Positions 28,666 through 37,850 of a DNA stretch of 64,000 nucleotides are shown here, in pieces (position 1 is the stretch's first letter; each line of letters starts with the position of its first letter). The position numbers were made by a program, and so were the translations under genes. Source of the stretch: Akkermansia muciniphila (GTDB lineage Bacteria > Verrucomicrobiota > Verrucomicrobiia > Limisphaerales > SIAT01); NCBI GenBank assembly GCA_945900775.1, contig CAMDJP010000004.1:25919-89918 (forward strand), given 5' to 3'. The notes under the pieces are model-generated. The model saw only the letters and a list, made by a program, of their open reading frames with translations, did no database searches and was not told where the DNA came from.

Positions 28666-30097
28666 GAATCACCTTGAATCAGGTTTTGTTTCCCGCCGAC
28701 AAGCGCTGCAGTCGGCCGGGTGCGGTTTCGGTTCGCTCGCGCTGGCGGGACTGTTGGCTCAACGCGCTGACGCCGCAAATCCGCTCGCGCCCAAGGCGCC
28801 GCATTTGAAGCCGCGCGCCAAGCGGATTATCTTCCTCTTCATGCAGGGCGGTGTGAGTCACGTGGATTCGTACGACCACAAGCCGATCCTTTTGAAGCAG
28901 GACGGCAAGATGATGCCCTTCCACGATTCGAGGACAATCGCCAATTCGGGCAAGAAGGACGCCATCGAGCAGCGTGTGATGAAGCCGCTCTGGAAGTTCG
29001 CCCAGCACGGCAAGAGCGGCCGTTGGGCCAGTGATCTTTTCCCGGAGGTCAACAAGCACTTGGACGATCTTACGTTCATCCACTCGATGCACACCGAGGG
29101 CATCGCCCACGGTCCTGCAACGCTCTTCCTGCACTGCGGCTCGACCAACCTGATTAGGCCCTCGATTGGCTCGTGGGTCAGCTACGGCCTCGGCACGGAG
29201 AACGAGAATCTCCCGGCGTTCGTCTCCATCAGCCCTTCCAGCGGCAACGGCGGCGCGCGCAATTTTGGTAACGCCTTCCTGCCGCCAGTTTATCAAGGCA
29301 CGGGCATTGGCAAGGCCGGCGCTCCTGCGAGCGAGGCGGTCATCCGCAACCTCGCGCATCCGGAAATGAAGCTGGCTGAGCAGCGCAAGCAGTTTGATCT
29401 ATTCCAGTCCCTCAACGCTGAGCAACTCAAGCGCAGCCCCGGTGATACGGAGTTGGAGGCCGTCATCAATTCCTACGAGCTAGCGTGGCGAATGCAGAAT
29501 TACGCGCCCGACGCCTTTGATACCTCGAAGGAAACGCCCGAGACGCTCGCGCTCTACGGCATCGGCGAAAAGGCGACGGACAACTTCGGCCGCCAATGCC
29601 TCATGGCTCGGCGCCTCTGCGAATCCGGCGTACGCTTCATCCAGGTGACCTACGGCGACAACTCCGCCAACCCCGCGTGGGATCAGCATTCGAACCTCCC
29701 CAAGCACGGTGACCACGCGCGCGCCGTCGATAAGCCGATGGCTGGCCTGCTTGCCGACCTCGAGCAGCGCGGGTTGCTGAAAGATACGATTGTCTGGTGG
29801 TGCGGCGAGTTTGGTCGCACGCCTTACGCCGAGAAGAACGGTACCGGCCGTGATCACAACCCGAACGGCTTCACCACGTGGCTTGCGGGCGGCGGCCTGA
29901 AAAAGGGCTTCGCGCACGGCGCCACCGACGAGTTTGGCCACAAGGCGGTGCAGGACAAAGTGCACATGCACGACCTACACGCCACCCTGCTCCATATGCT
30001 TGGCCTCGACCACGAGCGACTCACTTACCGCTACGACGGGCGTGATTTCCGGCTCACCGATGTCCACGGTCACGTGGTGAAGGAGATTTTCGCCTAA
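28664..30097 (+). CDS. DUF1501 protein (sulfatase/alkaline-phosphatase-like fold, Tat-exported)
   Basis: ATG at 28664. Twin-arginine signal MNHLESGFVSRRQALQSAGCGFGSLALAGLLA. Also IIFLFMQGGVSHVDSYD, GRDHNPNGFTTWLAGGG and the C-terminus [15 protein letters not shown]. Confidence 0.9.
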   Translation: MNHLESGFVSRRQALQSAGCGFGSLALAGLLAQRADAANPLAPKAPHLKPRAKRIIFLFMQGGVSHVDSYDHKPILLKQDGKMMPFHDSRTIANSGKKDAIEQRVMKPLWKFAQHGKSGRWASDLFPEVNKHLDDLTFIHSMHTEGIAHGPATLFLHCGSTNLIRPSIGSWVSYGLGTENENLPAFVSISPSSGNGGARNFGNAFLPPVYQGTGIGKAGAPASEAVIRNLAHPEMKLAEQRKQFDLFQSLNAEQLKRSPGDTELEAVINSYELAWRMQNYAPDAFDTSKETPETLALYGIGEKATDNFGRQCLMARRLCESGVRFIQVTYGDNSANPAWDQHSNLPKHGDHARAVDKPMAGLLADLEQRGLLKDTIVWWCGEFGRTPYAEKNGTGRDHNPNGFTTWLAGGGLKKGFAHGATDEFGHKAVQDKVHMHDLHATLLHMLGLDHERLTYRYDGRDFRLTDVHGHVVKEIFA

Positions 30098-30140
30098 ACG
30101 GCCCGCAACACGGTGCGAGGCGTCGCGTGCGAAAACCATT

Positions 30141-31511
30141 TTGAATCCGCCTCAAAACAACCACGACCGGCGATCGAATCGGCGCGAGTTCCTGCGCGTG
30201 GGCGTGCTGGGCGCGGCTGGTTTGTCTCTACCTCAGTTGTTGGCGGCACGACAGACGGGTGCCGGCGTCGAGGCGAAGGCCGATTCCTGCCTAATCATCT
30301 TCCTCAATGGCGGCCCCAGCCATCTCGACATGTGGGACATGAAGCCCGAGGCGCCGTCGGAAATCCGCGGCGAGTTCCGGCCGATCGACACCACGCTACC
30401 CGGCGTGCAGCTTTGCGAACACCTGCCGCGGCTCGCGCGCCAGCTGCACCATTGCACGCTGATCCGCTCGATGAACCACAGCGTGAACAATTCCCACGCC
30501 GCCGCTGTGTACGCCGCGCTCACGGGGCACGATCGCGGTGAGCAGGGCGGCGGCGCCAAGCCCGGGGACCATCCGAACATGGGCTCGGTGCTCGCCCGGT
30601 TGCGTCCGGTCGCTGCGACCTCGCTGCCCTACGTGGCGCTGCCGTACAAGACGCAGGAAGGCGCTGGCGGCCCATTGCAGCCCGGCTTCATCGCTGGTTT
30701 CATCGGCGCGCACCACGATCCATTCTGGGTTTTGGAAGATCCGAGCCGTCCTGATTTCCGCGTGCAGAATCTCACGCCGCCGGAGGGCATGAACAACATC
30801 CGCCTCGCAGGCCGCGATGAACTGTTGCGTTCGTTCGATCAGACTTTTTTGCAGAAGCAGCCGACTAGTCGCTCGCCCTATGAATCACTCGGTGAATTCC
30901 AACGTCGCGCGTTCGATTTGCTCACGGCCGACACCACGCGCCGAGCGTTTGAGTTGGAGCGCGAGACGGTGGCGATGCGTGAATCGTACGGACGCAACAT
31001 CTACGGGCAGAGCGTGCTGCTCGCGCGGAGGCTCATCGAGGCCGGCACGCGCGTGGTGACGATGAGTTGGGCGCCGGACGCGAACGCCACATGGGACACG
31101 CACGGCGGCAATTTCCAGAAGCTGAAGACGACGTTGCTTCCGCAGTTCGATGCCGCCTGTTCGAGCCTGCTGGAAGATTTGCGCCAGCGAGGTCTTCTGA
31201 AACGGACGCTTGTCGCGGTGATTGGTGATTTCGGCCGCACGCCGCGCATCAACAACAATGCCGGGCGCGACCACTGGAACGCCTGCTACAGCGTCATGCT
31301 CGCCGGCGGTGGGATCAAGGCTGGGTTCGTCCACGGCGCCAGCGACCGCACCGGTTCGCTGCCGGCCGATCGACCCACCACGCCGGGCGACGTCATCGCC
31401 ACCATCTATCATCTGCTCGGCGTCAATCCGCGCACGGAACTGAACGATAACCTCAGCCGTCCGCACATGCTCGTGCCGCACGGCCAGGTGTTGCAAGAGA
31501 TAATGGGCTGA
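30141..31511 (+). CDS. DUF1501 protein (second subtype, Tat-exported)
   Basis: TTG start. Tat motif SNRREFLRVGVLGAAG. Also LIIFLNGGPSHLDMWDMKPEAP and GRDHWNACYSVMLAGGG. Confidence 0.9.
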   Translation: MNPPQNNHDRRSNRREFLRVGVLGAAGLSLPQLLAARQTGAGVEAKADSCLIIFLNGGPSHLDMWDMKPEAPSEIRGEFRPIDTTLPGVQLCEHLPRLARQLHHCTLIRSMNHSVNNSHAAAVYAALTGHDRGEQGGGAKPGDHPNMGSVLARLRPVAATSLPYVALPYKTQEGAGGPLQPGFIAGFIGAHHDPFWVLEDPSRPDFRVQNLTPPEGMNNIRLAGRDELLRSFDQTFLQKQPTSRSPYESLGEFQRRAFDLLTADTTRRAFELERETVAMRESYGRNIYGQSVLLARRLIEAGTRVVTMSWAPDANATWDTHGGNFQKLKTTLLPQFDAACSSLLEDLRQRGLLKRTLVAVIGDFGRTPRINNNAGRDHWNACYSVMLAGGGIKAGFVHGASDRTGSLPADRPTTPGDVIATIYHLLGVNPRTELNDNLSRPHMLVPHGQVLQEIMG

Positions 31512-31528
31512 CGTTATTTTTCTAGCCG

Positions 31529-32461
31529 ATGAAAATATTTTCGCCCCTCCTCGCGCTTTGTTTTGCGGCGCGTCTCTTCGCCGCCGATTCGTTTGACCAA
31601 TCCGGCGTGGCGCTGGAGGTGGATTCAACTGACGCGAAGCTTGCCAAGATTGTCCTACTCGCCGGTACGCCGAGCAGCAAGTCGGGCGCGCACGAGTACT
31701 TCGCCGGCTGCGCGCTGCTGCTGCAGTGGCTCAAGGAGCAGCCGGGCGTCTGGCCGGTGATGGCGCGCGAGTGGCCCAAGAACGAGAAGATTCTCGAAGG
31801 GGCGAAGGCGATCGTCTATTTCGGCGACGGCGGCGGCAAGCAGCCGTTCGTGAACCCGGAACGTTGGGCGAAGCTTACCAAGATGATCGACGGCGGCGCT
31901 GGCTTCGTGCTGCTGCATCAGGCGGTGGATTTCCCCAAAGGCCCCGATGCGGAGAAGGTGATGGACTGGGTCGGCGGCGTATTCCACGGCGACATCGGCT
32001 GCCGCGGTCATTGGGACATGGATCTCAAGCCGACAGGCGAACATCCCGTGGTGCGAGGCGTGAAGCCCTTCGCTGCGCCGGGCGACGGTTGGCTTTACAA
32101 CCTGCACTTCGGCTCCGCGACCAAGCCGCTCCTCGTTGGTCAAGTGCCCGAGAAGTCGCGCAGTTCGGTGGACGCGAAGAAGCACGCCGGACGCGATGAG
32201 GTGATTGCGTGGGCCAGCGAGCGCCCTTCGGGTGGGCGCGGCTTTGGCTTCACGGGTGCGGATTTGCACAAGAGTTGGGGCTACCAGAGCCAGCGCAAAC
32301 TGGTCGTCAACGCAATCCTCTGGACCGCGAAGCTGGACGTGCCCGAAGGCGGCGCGAAGACGACTTTCATCGAGGCCGATCTCTCCAAGAACCTCGATAA
32401 GAAGACTGCCCCACCGGCCAAAGCGACCCCCAAAACCGCGCCCAAGCCGTCGGTGAAATAA
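31529..32461 (+). CDS. Secreted ThuA-like (class I glutamine-amidotransferase-like fold) protein
   Basis: Signal peptide MKIFSPLLALCFAARLFAAD. Also IVLLAG..HEY..LL, GGAGFVLLHQAV and KLVVNAILWTA, consistent with the ThuA domain. Confidence 0.7.
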   Translation: MKIFSPLLALCFAARLFAADSFDQSGVALEVDSTDAKLAKIVLLAGTPSSKSGAHEYFAGCALLLQWLKEQPGVWPVMAREWPKNEKILEGAKAIVYFGDGGGKQPFVNPERWAKLTKMIDGGAGFVLLHQAVDFPKGPDAEKVMDWVGGVFHGDIGCRGHWDMDLKPTGEHPVVRGVKPFAAPGDGWLYNLHFGSATKPLLVGQVPEKSRSSVDAKKHAGRDEVIAWASERPSGGRGFGFTGADLHKSWGYQSQRKLVVNAILWTAKLDVPEGGAKTTFIEADLSKNLDKKTAPPAKATPKTAPKPSVK

Positions 32462-32478
32462 GCTCACACCAACAAGGT

Positions 32479-32540
32479 TGAGGCCTGTTCGAATCGACCC
32501 CAACCAAGAGGACTCGATACCGTTTCGGCCTCATTTCTCT
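32479..32540 (+). terminator. Hairpin followed by a T-rich tract, downstream of the ThuA-like gene
   Basis: TGAGGCC (32479-32485) pairs with GGCCTCA (32527-32533). There is an inner ATCGA/TCGAT pairing, and TTTCTCT follows. The long interrupted stem makes this weak. Confidence 0.25.
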
Positions 32541-33022
32541 CGATGTTTCGCTCTTAAAAACAGTCTATCGTGCCCGTAGAACGACCTGTTTTTAGTGTCC
32601 GAAGAGATTTTGTTGGCCTGTCTCTTGAGGGTGCCGCCCCATTTTCGGAGGGCCGAATTGCACGCAGCCGCCTCACCCGAACGAGGAGAGTATCAGCAGG
32701 CATCGGTCTATCTCATTCTACTTCTTGTTCACCCTGCAAAAGCCGGGATAAATCCGAAAAAGGACTATTCAGGAGGTCTCATTTTTGATACAAAATCTCG
32801 CTGTACTGGCTGCTTGTTGCACCAGTCGCGTCAGGTTGGTATCAGAAAAACTGCTGAGGCCACCTTACGCAGGAAAACGCAACATAACCTCGCATAAAAA
32901 AGCGCTACGTAGCTCCCATCATCGCCCTCCTCTGTGTCAGCGCACTATTCGTCGTCCGCTGGGTCGGTGATACTGCCACTAGCACGCCCAAGTCCCTGCG
33001 AGTCCTCACGGCGGCAGAGCAG

Positions 33023-35233
33023 GTGCGTGCATTGCGTGCGAAGGCCAAAGGGGGCAACAGCAAGCTCCTCGCGGTCCAAGCGCTTGCACAAGCGACGCCT
33101 GCCGCCAAGGGGGTGTCCATCTACGGGACGCGCTGGGGCCGTGAAGAGAAACAAGAGTTGAAGGCGTTCTCGGGGTGGGCTGGGCAGTTCTCCTCAGCCA
33201 CACCGGCGGAGAAGGGACAGTTGATTAAAGCAGGTGTTGAGCTCGCCAAAGAACGCCGGCTCGTGATGGCCGACTTGATTGAGTTCGATCCGGCGGCTGC
33301 GGTGGCGGCGGCGATTCCACAGGAAGTCCGCGCGGAACTACCTGAGGAAGTTCTCGCACACACGGAACGCCGCATCTCCGGCGTGGGAAATCTGGATGTG
33401 TACGGCATCACTCCAGCGCGGGGTGCCAAGCAATCGGTGCCGCTGATCGAGCGCACAGCCCGCTTGGGCGGCCGCGCGTATCAAGCCAATACGTACGGTG
33501 TTCTCGCGAGCTTTGGTACCGTGAAGGATCTCTACATGCACGGTGTGGCTGTGGATGGCCGGATTGCGTTGGCCGATGCGCCCGTGCGTACTTTGGAAGC
33601 GGGGGAGAAGGTGGCTGCAGGCGCAGCAATCATCGCGTCTCATCCCGTCCAACTCGACCCAGCTCTCGCGCAAAGTGCAGGAGCACCGCGCTTGGCGGAA
33701 GGTGCCGGTGGATATCACTGCCTCTGTTGCAGCACGGAGGCCAAGGCGAATTATGATGGTTCACGCTGGGCCGCTCTGGGCGAGGGAGGAACCGTCGCTG
33801 CTGCCATTGGACGCGCCTATAAAAATACCGGCAGCAAATCGGTGCTGGTCATACCCGTGCAGTTCCCCGACCAGGCCGGTTCGCCGTGGTCCAGTGATGG
33901 AGTTCGGGACACTAGGATTAGCCAAATCCAATCCTACTTCAGCACCGCCTCATACGCGGCCTTTAATCTCAACAATGCCACGGTCATTTCCCTACAGACA
34001 CTGCCCTCAAATCGTTCCACCTACCGAACTGGTGCTGGAGAACATAACTCGACCCTTCTCACAACGTTGGCCACAGATGCGAGCACTCTAGCCACGGCCG
34101 CCGGTTACGATCCCGACGACTACGATTTCGTGAGCTTCGTCATCAACCACAACCTTTGGAGTGGCGTCGCTGGCCTGGCATACTTAGGTGATAAGCACAG
34201 CTTCATCGACGGTGATGGGGCGGAGACGTCAGCGGTTTACATCCATGAGTTGGGCCATAATCTGGGCCTCTATCACGCCGGCTCATGGGACTCAACTAGC
34301 AATGTGCCCGACAGTTCCAGTGGCACAACCAGCGAATATGGAAATAGGTTCGATGCGATGGGAGATACTTACACCTATTCCTACGACCAACTGCATTTCA
34401 ATGCGAGTTTCAAGAACGCCTTGGATTGGTTGCCCGATAGCTACGTCACCACGGTCACCACGGATGTGACAATGAACCTGTATGCCATGGACCGGACGCA
34501 AGTGAGCGGGCGGGCCTACGCCGTCAAAATCCCCGCGGGTATAACCTTGGACGGCATCAGCAATCTGGATTATTGGGTCGAATTCCGCAGCCGCTACACG
34601 GGTGTCGACACCATCCAAAACGGCGTGCTCATTTACACCGCCAACACCGCTCATGATAACGGCGCCTCGAAGCTGCTGGATATGGCCCCCGCCACCTCCA
34701 CCTTTCTCGACGCTGGGTTGCCGATAGGCAGTTCCTTTCCCACGGCCGATGGCCTATGGCGAATCACGGTCAATTCCCAGGCCGGCTCCGGGAATGACAG
34801 CCTCATCAATGTGACCATTTCGGATGCTCGTCCACCTGTCATCACCACCCAACCTGCGAGTGTCACCGCGAGTTATGGAAGTGCTGTCTCCTTCTCCGTG
34901 GTGGCCACTGGATCTAGTCTAACATATCAATGGTCCAAAGATAACGCCACGTTGACCGGAAAAACAGACGCTACTTTGTCCATTCCCGATTTTCAGTCGG
35001 CCAACCTTGGATCGTACACCGTTACTATCACCGGCGCGCACGGCACCGCTATCAGCAGCGCGGCGACATTGACGGTTTCGGAGAGTGGCGGCGGTGGCGG
35101 TGGCGGCGGCGGGTGCGGTTACACCACGCCGCCCGAGCAGATTATCCTGATTGGCTGGGCCGTGTTGTTGCTCTGCCGCCTTCTGCAAGGCGCATCCGCT
35201 GGCGCGTTCAAGCCGCGCGAAGAAGCGGTGTAA
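33023..35233 (+). CDS. Metzincin zinc metalloprotease with a C-terminal Ig-like domain, poly-Gly linker and hydrophobic C-terminal anchor
   Basis: HELGHNLGLYH (HExxHxxGxxH) at 34244-34276. Ig-like segment PPVITTQPASVTASYGSAVSFSVVATGSSLTYQW..GSYTVTITG. Poly-Gly run at 35087-35113, then TPPEQIILIGWAVLLLCRLL. The true start is probably upstream (see finding at 32888-33022). Confidence 0.8.
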   Translation: MRALRAKAKGGNSKLLAVQALAQATPAAKGVSIYGTRWGREEKQELKAFSGWAGQFSSATPAEKGQLIKAGVELAKERRLVMADLIEFDPAAAVAAAIPQEVRAELPEEVLAHTERRISGVGNLDVYGITPARGAKQSVPLIERTARLGGRAYQANTYGVLASFGTVKDLYMHGVAVDGRIALADAPVRTLEAGEKVAAGAAIIASHPVQLDPALAQSAGAPRLAEGAGGYHCLCCSTEAKANYDGSRWAALGEGGTVAAAIGRAYKNTGSKSVLVIPVQFPDQAGSPWSSDGVRDTRISQIQSYFSTASYAAFNLNNATVISLQTLPSNRSTYRTGAGEHNSTLLTTLATDASTLATAAGYDPDDYDFVSFVINHNLWSGVAGLAYLGDKHSFIDGDGAETSAVYIHELGHNLGLYHAGSWDSTSNVPDSSSGTTSEYGNRFDAMGDTYTYSYDQLHFNASFKNALDWLPDSYVTTVTTDVTMNLYAMDRTQVSGRAYAVKIPAGITLDGISNLDYWVEFRSRYTGVDTIQNGVLIYTANTAHDNGASKLLDMAPATSTFLDAGLPIGSSFPTADGLWRITVNSQAGSGNDSLINVTISDARPPVITTQPASVTASYGSAVSFSVVATGSSLTYQWSKDNATLTGKTDATLSIPDFQSANLGSYTVTITGAHGTAISSAATLTVSESGGGGGGGGGCGYTTPPEQIILIGWAVLLLCRLLQGASAGAFKPREEAV

Positions 35234-35349
35234 GCAGGCTTGTGGCGCACCTTCACCCTCTACGCCTCTGATTTCTTAAGCTCTCAATAAGGCCAAACGC
35301 AGGAAGCAGGTCGTTGGCTCAGAACGAATAGTTGCCGGCTTCCGTCGTC

Positions 35350-37848
35350 ATGATTTATGATCGGACGAACACAGGATTCATGGGCCGCTTTCTTATCAAC
35401 GGACTGATGTTTTTTTTGGCCGCTGTCCCGCTTCATGCGGCGGACACGGCGGGTGTGGAGTTTTTCGAGAAACGGATCCGACCCATCCTCGTCGAGCGTT
35501 GCTACGAGTGCCATAGTGCGCAGGCGAACAAGGTCAAGGGCGGTCTGCGTCTCGATACGCGCGAGGCGCTGCTCAAGGGAGGCGATACCGGTCCAGCGCT
35601 TGTCCCCGGCGATCCGGATAAGTCGCCTCTTATCAAGGCGGTGCGTTACAAGAATCAGGATTTGCAGATGCCCCCGAAAAGCCCGCTCACGCCCGGGCAG
35701 GTCCGAGACCTCGAGCAATGGGTGAAGATGGGCGCGCCCGATCCTCGGGCTGTGGCTGCGGTTTCGCCTTCGGGCAGGCGTGAGATTAACATCGAGGAGG
35801 GTCGCAAGTTCTGGGCGTTCCAGCCGCTGGCCAATCCGGTGGTCGCCAAAATCCAATCTGGTCGGAACGCGATTGACGCTTTCATTTTGGCCAAACTGGC
35901 AGAGAAGGGGCTTCGGCCTGCACCACCAGCGGATAAGCGTGCGTTGTTGCGCCGTGCGACGTTCGACCTCATCGGCCTGCCGCCAACGCCAGCGGAGATG
36001 CAGGCCTTCCTCGCGGACCAATCTCCGGACGCCTTCGCAAGGGTGGTCGAACGGCTTCTCGCCTCGCCGCAGTACGGCGAGCGTTGGGGGCGGCATTGGC
36101 TCGACGTGGCGCGTTACGCGGATTCAAACGGGCTCGATGAGAACGTGGCCTTCGGCAACGCGTGGCGTTACCGAGACTATGTGGTGAACGCCTTCAACCA
36201 CGACAAGCCGTACGACCAGTTCCTCGTCGAGCAGATTGCCGGCGACCTGTTACCGACAGCCGAGAACGTCGCGGTAAAGCATGAGCGGTTGACCGCGCTC
36301 GGATTCCTTTCCCTCGGCCCCAAGCTCCTCGCCGAACCGGACAAGGTGAAGTTGGAGATGGACCTGATTGACGAGCAGATCGACACGCTTGGTCGCGCGG
36401 TAATGGGTATGACGCTCGGTTGCGCGCGTTGTCACGACCACAAGTTCGACCCCGTTGCCACCGAGGATTACTACTCGCTCGCCGCCATCTTCAAGAGCAC
36501 ACGCACGATGGATGACCTCAAGACCATTGCCAAGTGGCACGAGCCACTGATGGCCTTGCCAGAGGATTTCAAGGCGAATGCGGACCATGAGAAGCGCGTC
36601 GCTGCGCAGAAAGAAACGATTACCAAGTTCATTGCCGAGGCGAACCGTGCACTGCTCATCGCCCTCAAAACCTCCACGCTGCCGCCGAAGCCCGAGTCGC
36701 GCTATCCCACAAACACGACGGCCGAGTTGGAGAAGTTTCGCAGCGAACTCGCGCGATTGCAGAAGGAGGCGCCCGAGTTGCCGAGCACGATGGGGGTGAC
36801 CGAGGCGACGAATGTGGTGAGGGCATTTCCCGTCCACATCCGAGGCAGCCATCTCACGCTGGGCAAGGCTGTGTCGCGCGGCGTGCCGCCGGTGATGACG
36901 ATTTCCGCCCAGCCGAAGTTTGCGGAGCAGCAGAGCGGCCGACTCGAACTCGCTCGCTGGCTCGCCAGCGCGGAGCATCCGCTCACCGCGCGTGTGATGG
37001 TAAACCGCATCTGGCGCTGGCATTTTGGCCGCGGCTTAGTCGCGAGTACCGACAACTTCGGCGCGCTCGGCGAACGACCGTCGCACCCGGAACTGCTCGA
37101 CTGGCTCGCTCGCCAGTTCATCGCTTCGGGTTGGAGCGTGAAGGCGTTGCACCGGCTCATCATGTCCAGCGCGACCTACCAGATGGCCTCGGAAGCGGCG
37201 GACGCAAGCCCCTTGGTACTTTTTGGAAAAGATAGAGAGCGCGCTGCGTCGCGAAGCTCCGTTTCGACAGGGGAAGATTCGGAGAACCGATTTTATGCAC
37301 GCTTTCATCAACGCCGACTCGAAGCGGAAGAGATCCGCGATGCGTTGCTGTCCGTCGCCGGCACGCTCGATCTTACGATGGGCGGCAAGACCCTTCCGCT
37401 GAAGAACCGCGAGTTCGTCTTCGACCACACCTCGAAGGACGCCACCACCTACGCCAGTCTGCGCCGAGCGATTTATCTGCCGGTCATCCGCAACCATCTC
37501 TACGACCTCTTCGAGCAGTTCGATTATCCTGATCCAGCCGTGCCCAGCGGTAGCCGCAACACTACCACGGTGGCACCGCAGGCGCTGCTGATGATGAACA
37601 GCGAACTCGTTCGCGAGGCCGCCGAGAAGTTTGCCGCGCATCTGCTCGCACAAACCAAATTGTCCGATGCGAAGCGCGTGGAGCTAGCCTACGTGAAGGC
37701 TTATGGACGCCCACCAACTGTGCGTGAGCTTGATCGAGCGCAGCGGTTCTTGGGCCAGAATACGGATAAAAACGGTGGCGCAACAGGGGCGTGGGAGATG
37801 TTCTGCCAAGCACTGCTGGCAGCGAACGAATTCATCCACCTGAACTGA
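35350..37848 (+). CDS. Secreted PSCyt1 / DUF1549 / DUF1553 protein (second copy)
   Basis: [19 protein letters not shown] has CxxCH at 35500-35514; [11 protein letters not shown] is at 36421-36435. Also [17 protein letters not shown] and [12 protein letters not shown]. Alternative start at ATG 35380 ([20 protein letters not shown] signal peptide). Confidence 0.9.
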   Translation: MIYDRTNTGFMGRFLINGLMFFLAAVPLHAADTAGVEFFEKRIRPILVERCYECHSAQANKVKGGLRLDTREALLKGGDTGPALVPGDPDKSPLIKAVRYKNQDLQMPPKSPLTPGQVRDLEQWVKMGAPDPRAVAAVSPSGRREINIEEGRKFWAFQPLANPVVAKIQSGRNAIDAFILAKLAEKGLRPAPPADKRALLRRATFDLIGLPPTPAEMQAFLADQSPDAFARVVERLLASPQYGERWGRHWLDVARYADSNGLDENVAFGNAWRYRDYVVNAFNHDKPYDQFLVEQIAGDLLPTAENVAVKHERLTALGFLSLGPKLLAEPDKVKLEMDLIDEQIDTLGRAVMGMTLGCARCHDHKFDPVATEDYYSLAAIFKSTRTMDDLKTIAKWHEPLMALPEDFKANADHEKRVAAQKETITKFIAEANRALLIALKTSTLPPKPESRYPTNTTAELEKFRSELARLQKEAPELPSTMGVTEATNVVRAFPVHIRGSHLTLGKAVSRGVPPVMTISAQPKFAEQQSGRLELARWLASAEHPLTARVMVNRIWRWHFGRGLVASTDNFGALGERPSHPELLDWLARQFIASGWSVKALHRLIMSSATYQMASEAADASPLVLFGKDRERAASRSSVSTGEDSENRFYARFHQRRLEAEEIRDALLSVAGTLDLTMGGKTLPLKNREFVFDHTSKDATTYASLRRAIYLPVIRNHLYDLFEQFDYPDPAVPSGSRNTTTVAPQALLMMNSELVREAAEKFAAHLLAQTKLSDAKRVELAYVKAYGRPPTVRELDRAQRFLGQNTDKNGGATGAWEMFCQALLAANEFIHLN

Positions 37849-37850
37849 AC

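Noticed and set aside
32486-32500. GTTCGAATC T-loop-like motif considered as a tRNA gene
   Set aside because: The flanking bases do not form a T-stem (GCCTG versus CGACC). No acceptor or anticodon arms could be drawn.
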